A stretch of 48,224 bases of DNA from an uncultured Planctomycetales bacterium (GTDB taxonomy: Bacteria > 4484-113 > JAFGCY01): contig CAZEJB010000012.1 of assembly GCA_964512635.1 (NCBI GenBank), positions 57,989 through 106,212 of the forward strand. Direction: 5' to 3'. The notes beneath the pieces are model-generated. The model did no database searches, was not told the origin of the DNA, and saw nothing but the letters and a program-made list of their open reading frames with translations. Positions 44,146 to 48,224 of the stretch are shown piece after piece. The number at the start of each line of letters is the position of its first letter. Position 1 is the first letter of the stretch. A program made the position numbers and the translations under genes.

Positions 44146-47100
44146 ATGAGCCTTGTGGGCCTGGGCCGGCCGAGAGCCGCCCGTAATACAGTGGGGGGAA
44201 CCATACTTAATGGACCCCGCAGTTTCCGCCTCTTCAGTGTTTTGCTGGGAGCCATGCTGGTCCTGCTGGCAGGTATTTCCTGCGGCGGCGGCCTGAACTT
44301 CGGCGGGCTCGAAAGCAATCGCCCCGCGGCCTGGCCTGGGCACAACTTTGAGGGCGCGCTCTCCAGCGGCTCCTTCAGCCTGGTGGCGATGAATGACGAC
44401 GAAAGCGCCATTGATACCCGTGCCACCAGCGCTCTTCGACTCGACGTCAGGAATCACGGTACGGGTCGCTACCGCGTGGATATCTATGGCCAGGGCCTGC
44501 CCTCCACCGACCGCGTCTTCCTGCACCTGAAGTATGACGAGAAGTCCACGCACCCGGTGGCCAGCGTGCTGGAGCCGGCGCTGCGCGAGGATACGCTTTT
44601 CCTCGGCCTCAGTGACTACCCGGGCATCGTGGCCCTCGGCATGGTCGGCATGCGCGGCGCAAAGACCCTCAGCGGCGATGCCCTGCTGGCCAGCGTCGAA
44701 TTCGACGCCGGCGCTCCGGCCGTCAGCCGCCGCGCCAGCACCGTCACCGGCGGGCTGGTCAAGGACCTGCACTTTGATTCAACCAACACCGACACCCTGG
44801 TCTGGTCGCTGGCCAACAGCGGCGACTATAACCAGAACGGCCAGGTGTCGATTACAGACCTGACTCAGATCGGCATCTACTTCCAGGCCCGCAACACCGA
44901 TGCGAACTGGAACGAGGCCCGGGTTGCCGACGGCGACGAGAACGGCATCATCGCGGTCCAGGACCTGACGCCCATCGGCCTGAACTTCCTGCGCCGCTGC
45001 GACGGCTATTCCGTCCAGGCGGGCTCAGCCGAGAGCGGCCCCTTCAGCCCGATCGGCTCGGCCAGCGTGAACGACGCGGTCGCCCCGGGAGGAGTCGGCT
45101 TCAAGGTCTTTAACTATCAGGTCGGCGCGCCGGTCAACGGCGCCTGGTATGTGGTGGCCGCGGTGGACGAGTCGGCGAGCCAGACGGCGACCGGCCTGTC
45201 GAATGCGGTGGAATACGCCTCGGCCAACTTCCCGGCGCCGCAGAACCTGAGCGCCAGCAACGACGGATCCAAGATCACCCTGAGCTGGGAAGCGCCCAGC
45301 GGTTTCATCCCGGACGGCTATGCCTGCTTCGTCTCCGACAGCGCGGCGATGGCCGGCGCCCAGCAGATGAACGTCGGCGCAGTAACCCAGCTCAGCTTCG
45401 ACTGCCCGCTGGCGGTGGCGATAGACGCCACGCACTTCTTTGGCGTCAAGGCGATCTATGGCGCCGAGCTCAGCGGCTTCAGCAACGTCTTTAACTACAG
45501 CCCCGTGGGCGCTCCGCCCAGCGGGCTAAGCGCAGCGAAGAACGGCGCCGTCGTTTCGCTGAACTGGAGCGCACCGGCCAGTGGCACCCCCGAAGGCTAC
45601 AACGCCTATGTCGACGACAGCAACTCCGACATGAGCGCGGCGCTGAAGATCAACCTGGGTGCCATCACCAACCTGAACTTCGACTGCCCGCTGGCGGTCA
45701 GCCCGGACAGCAGCCACTACTTCGCGGTGAAGGCCATCTTCAATGGCGAAGAAAGCGGCTACAGCAACATCTTCTTCTATGAGCCGGGCAACCCCAACGA
45801 TTCCGACCCGCCGGCCTGGGATGTACCGGGCCAGGAGGGCATCAAGAGCGCGGTCGGCGGCGATACCGTGGTGGATATCGAGTGGTACACCGCCAGCGAC
45901 ACTGGCAGCCCGCCGGTGAGCTATCAGATCTTCTATGCGCCCAGCGCCAGCGGCATCAACTGGGCCGGCGCGCCGCAGGACACCAGCGCCGCCGGCACCA
46001 CGACCAAGCAGATCAGCGGCCTGAGCAACGGCACAAGCTATGACTTCGGCGTGCGCGCGGTGGACAACAGCGGCAACGCCACGACCAACACGAACTTCCT
46101 CTCCGCCACCCCGGCCGGCGGCGGCGTCCCGGTGGACGACGGCGTCTGGCAGACGCCGGAACTGGTGGACGACGGCGGCCTTGTGAACATTGATATTGGC
46201 CTTTTCAGCAGCATCCAAGTGGCTGGCGACGGGACCATTGGCATTGCACACCACGATCCCACTAATCAGGATCTGTACTACACCTTTGGTGGACCAGGTG
46301 GCTGGACCACAGAACTGGTGAAACAGGACGGCGACGTTGGTCTGTGGTGTGATCTGGCTTTCGACCCAAGTAATGATGAGCCATGTATTGCCTACCACAA
46401 TGCTGGTAACGCATCCCTGGAGTTTGCCAGAAGAACCAATGGCGCCTGGGACATACAGGTAGTAGACGACGGCAGCGGCGATTTTGGCTCCTTTGCGAGT
46501 CTGGCCTTTGACCCCGATGACAACTCACCGGCAATCGCCTATTTCAGTTATCTGGCAAATGACACCAAGTTTGCCAAGTGGAACGGCTCATCCTGGTCCA
46601 AAACCACTATCTTCAATGGCCAGACACATCCTCTGCTTCCGCTGTCAGGAGCCTTCTGCTCCCTGGCATTCAACCCGGTCACCGGGGAGCCGGGCGTGGC
46701 AGTGATGAAAGTTGTGGATGAGTTCTTCACACCGAGCAGTTCTTCGCTCTACCTGGAGTTCAACGGTAGTAGCTGGGACCAGTACGATGCAGACCTCGGA
46801 GCCAACTCTGACATCATTAACACTGCCGGCTATAACAACGCGCTCGCCTTTAGCCCCAGCGGTGTTCCCTACGTACTGGACGTAGATTCTGTAGGAACCG
46901 GTGAGGCCGGAGCGGTGACTATTTCCTATAAACAGGGCCAGGCTTTCACATCTACAGCGGTTTATGAGGACTTTGATCTTGGTGGGCTGGCTTCTGACTT
47001 TACCCAGACAGACATCTACTTCAAGGGGAACGATTTCTACTGGGTATCAACGGATGGTGTTGCTGAGGGTTCATGTCTCTTCGGAAAGGGCTTTGGTGCA

Positions 47101-48224
47101 CCAGAAGTCATCGGCGGTGCCGGCACCAGCGGTGACAGCGTAGCTCTTGGAATTGACTCCTCTGGTGACTTCAACGTTTCCTACCGAAAAAGCAGTACCA
47201 AGCAGCTGTTCTATTCGAAGAAGATCGGAGATGCCGGCGCCTGGACATCTTCAGTGGCTATGACCGGAACCAATGTGCCAGGTACTGTTGGCGAGAAAGC
47301 AAGCATGGCTTTTGATCCCAGTGATGGCTACCCATTGATCAGCTATTACGACGTAAGCCACTCTGCGCTCAAGTTTGCGGACAGAAAGCCCGGAACCTGG
47401 CGCGATGAGATAGCCAGTAACGAGGGTTTTGACGGCGGCTTCAGCTCAATGACAGTTACCCCTGGCGGCGACCGTTACATTTCATTCTTTGCAGTTCGCG
47501 GAAGCGGGGTCAATCTGAGTGGTGGTCTCTATCTTCTGGATGGTGACTTTGGCAACTGGAACTCCACCATCATCCAGGAAGGTGGTGTAGGCGGCGGTGG
47601 TGGCGAAGTTGTAGGAGACTACTGCAGTGTCTGCAACTCCGGAGCTCCAAACGCTTTGCCCGGAATCGCATACCGCAACTCATCGGATCAGACTCTTGAG
47701 TTTGCCTTGGGCGACGGCGGAGGATCTTTCGAGCAGACTGTAGCGGATATGGCATCTGGCGATGCCGGCAGATGGACCTCCTGCGCATTCCGGCCGAACA
47801 CGGAACTCCCGGCAATCGCCTATTACACTGGCGGCACAGGTGATCTGGCCTTTGCGGAGCGCGATGGTCTTGGTGTCTGGAATGCGGCCCCCGTTGATAT
47901 TACTGGCGACGTCGGGAACCGCTGCAGTCTCGTCTTTGGACAGAATACAGCTCAGCCTTGGATGAGCTACTACGATGCCACGAACCATAAGCTCAAGGTG
48001 GTATACAGAGACAATCAGTCGATCTGGCAGCAGGTCAACATTCCTGCGCCGGAAAGCTCGGCTGACTACGGCGGATGGAGCAGCATTGCCTGGCACCCTG
48101 TTTACAACCGAGCCGCAGTAGCGTTCTATGACGACGATAACGGAAAGCTCTGGTACGTATTCATCGGAGATCCGAACGCACCTCAGGCCGCTGTTGAGGC
48201 CCATGCCCCGGTAAGCGGGAAAGT
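44146..48224 (+). CDS. Giant surface lipoprotein: dockerin-like repeats, three Fn3 domains and a multi-blade BNR/Asp-box-like propeller (3' end outside window)
   Basis: Manual codon-by-codon translation from the ATG (Shine-Dalgarno GAAAGGAG) stays open to the window end. It is not in the ORF track because it has no stop in the window. Lipobox LLAGISCGGG. Dockerin-like segments GDYNQNGQVSITDLTQIG and ADGDENGIIAVQDLTPIG. Fn3 segments (ITLSWEAPSG, VSLNWSAPASG, VDIEWYTASD...SYDFGVRAVD). Blades (LEFARRTNGAWDIQ, LKFADRKPGTWRDE, LAFAERDGLGVWNAAP). Confidence 0.75.
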   Translation, partial: MSLVGLGRPRAARNTVGGTILNGPRSFRLFSVLLGAMLVLLAGISCGGGLNFGGLESNRPAAWPGHNFEGALSSGSFSLVAMNDDESAIDTRATSALRLDVRNHGTGRYRVDIYGQGLPSTDRVFLHLKYDEKSTHPVASVLEPALREDTLFLGLSDYPGIVALGMVGMRGAKTLSGDALLASVEFDAGAPAVSRRASTVTGGLVKDLHFDSTNTDTLVWSLANSGDYNQNGQVSITDLTQIGIYFQARNTDANWNEARVADGDENGIIAVQDLTPIGLNFLRRCDGYSVQAGSAESGPFSPIGSASVNDAVAPGGVGFKVFNYQVGAPVNGAWYVVAAVDESASQTATGLSNAVEYASANFPAPQNLSASNDGSKITLSWEAPSGFIPDGYACFVSDSAAMAGAQQMNVGAVTQLSFDCPLAVAIDATHFFGVKAIYGAELSGFSNVFNYSPVGAPPSGLSAAKNGAVVSLNWSAPASGTPEGYNAYVDDSNSDMSAALKINLGAITNLNFDCPLAVSPDSSHYFAVKAIFNGEESGYSNIFFYEPGNPNDSDPPAWDVPGQEGIKSAVGGDTVVDIEWYTASDTGSPPVSYQIFYAPSASGINWAGAPQDTSAAGTTTKQISGLSNGTSYDFGVRAVDNSGNATTNTNFLSATPAGGGVPVDDGVWQTPELVDDGGLVNIDIGLFSSIQVAGDGTIGIAHHDPTNQDLYYTFGGPGGWTTELVKQDGDVGLWCDLAFDPSNDEPCIAYHNAGNASLEFARRTNGAWDIQVVDDGSGDFGSFASLAFDPDDNSPAIAYFSYLANDTKFAKWNGSSWSKTTIFNGQTHPLLPLSGAFCSLAFNPVTGEPGVAVMKVVDEFFTPSSSSLYLEFNGSSWDQYDADLGANSDIINTAGYNNALAFSPSGVPYVLDVDSVGTGEAGAVTISYKQGQAFTSTAVYEDFDLGGLASDFTQTDIYFKGNDFYWVSTDGVAEGSCLFGKGFGAPEVIGGAGTSGDSVALGIDSSGDFNVSYRKSSTKQLFYSKKIGDAGAWTSSVAMTGTNVPGTVGEKASMAFDPSDGYPLISYYDVSHSALKFADRKPGTWRDEIASNEGFDGGFSSMTVTPGGDRYISFFAVRGSGVNLSGGLYLLDGDFGNWNSTIIQEGGVGGGGGEVVGDYCSVCNSGAPNALPGIAYRNSSDQTLEFALGDGGGSFEQTVADMASGDAGRWTSCAFRPNTELPAIAYYTGGTGDLAFAERDGLGVWNAAPVDITGDVGNRCSLVFGQNTAQPWMSYYDATNHKLKVVYRDNQSIWQQVNIPAPESSADYGGWSSIAWHPVYNRAAVAFYDDDNGKLWYVFIGDPNAPQAAVEAHAPVSGK

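Noticed and set aside
43977-44772. Minus-strand ORFs of 149 aa and 210 aa at the start of the giant + strand gene
   Set aside because: They overlap the Shine-Dalgarno/ATG and signal peptide of the dockerin/Fn3/BNR lipoprotein. They are composition artefacts.
1-48224. tRNA, rRNA, transposase, integrase or phage structural genes
   Set aside because: I scanned the intergenic regions and the ORF list. No cloverleaf-like segment was found, and no DDE, HUH, tyrosine-recombinase or serine-recombinase signatures were seen.

Overview
This is a GC-rich (about 65%) bacterial chromosomal window. It is dominated by genes for secreted, lipoprotein and surface proteins. Many of these have SCGGGS-type lipoboxes followed by Gly/Asn/Pro/Gln-rich linkers.

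Recognisable housekeeping genes:
- pyrG and ndk.
- A NifS/IscS-type cysteine desulfurase.
- A HAD hydrolase, truncated at the left edge.
- A Tat-exported Rieske protein.
- Two DinB_2 proteins, a TetR regulator and a flotillin/SPFH protein.

Most of the window is taken up by paralogous families:
- Four LruC-like lipoproteins, three in tandem on the + strand and one on the - strand. Each has its own GNRA-loop terminator.
- Three giant PKD/Fn3/dockerin-like proteins that share a BNR/Asp-box-like beta-propeller repeat.
- Two tandem secreted proteins that carry a novel ~360-aa domain three times in total.
- An operon of two membrane-anchored Cys4-motif paralogs plus a PQQ-like beta-propeller with a related N-terminal anchor, upstream of the flotillin gene.

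The most unusual DNA-level structure is a ~4.2 kb segment at 23.0-27.25 kb. It is packed with REP-like GC hairpins carrying conserved 5' heads (TTGTAGG/TTGCAGG or GGAGCGC). These are arranged in four clusters that alternate with three ORFs of anomalously low GC (as low as ~43%). It contains two pairs of direct repeats (~180 bp and ~90 bp); the ~180-bp pair brackets one of these ORFs. Hairpin copies show compensatory stem changes.

Next to this island is a ~1.1 kb non-coding stretch upstream of ndk. It contains a 42-nt direct-repeat pair, three or four degenerate ~63-bp tandem repeats and a TATAAT box.

No rRNA, tRNA, CRISPR array, transposase or integrase was recognised. The left part of the window (0-23 kb) is continuous in gene content. 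The - strand carries one long run from 23006 down to 15486, and two - strand runs (11352 to 5883, and the 43816 to 39678 block) end on either side of the LruC cluster.

Coordinates for non-ORF features were read by eye and may be off by a few bases. CDS coordinates are tied to the ORF track. Where a start is moved inward from the track's longest ORF, it was placed on an in-frame ATG or TTG; ribosome-binding sites were checked by eye for only some of these starts.
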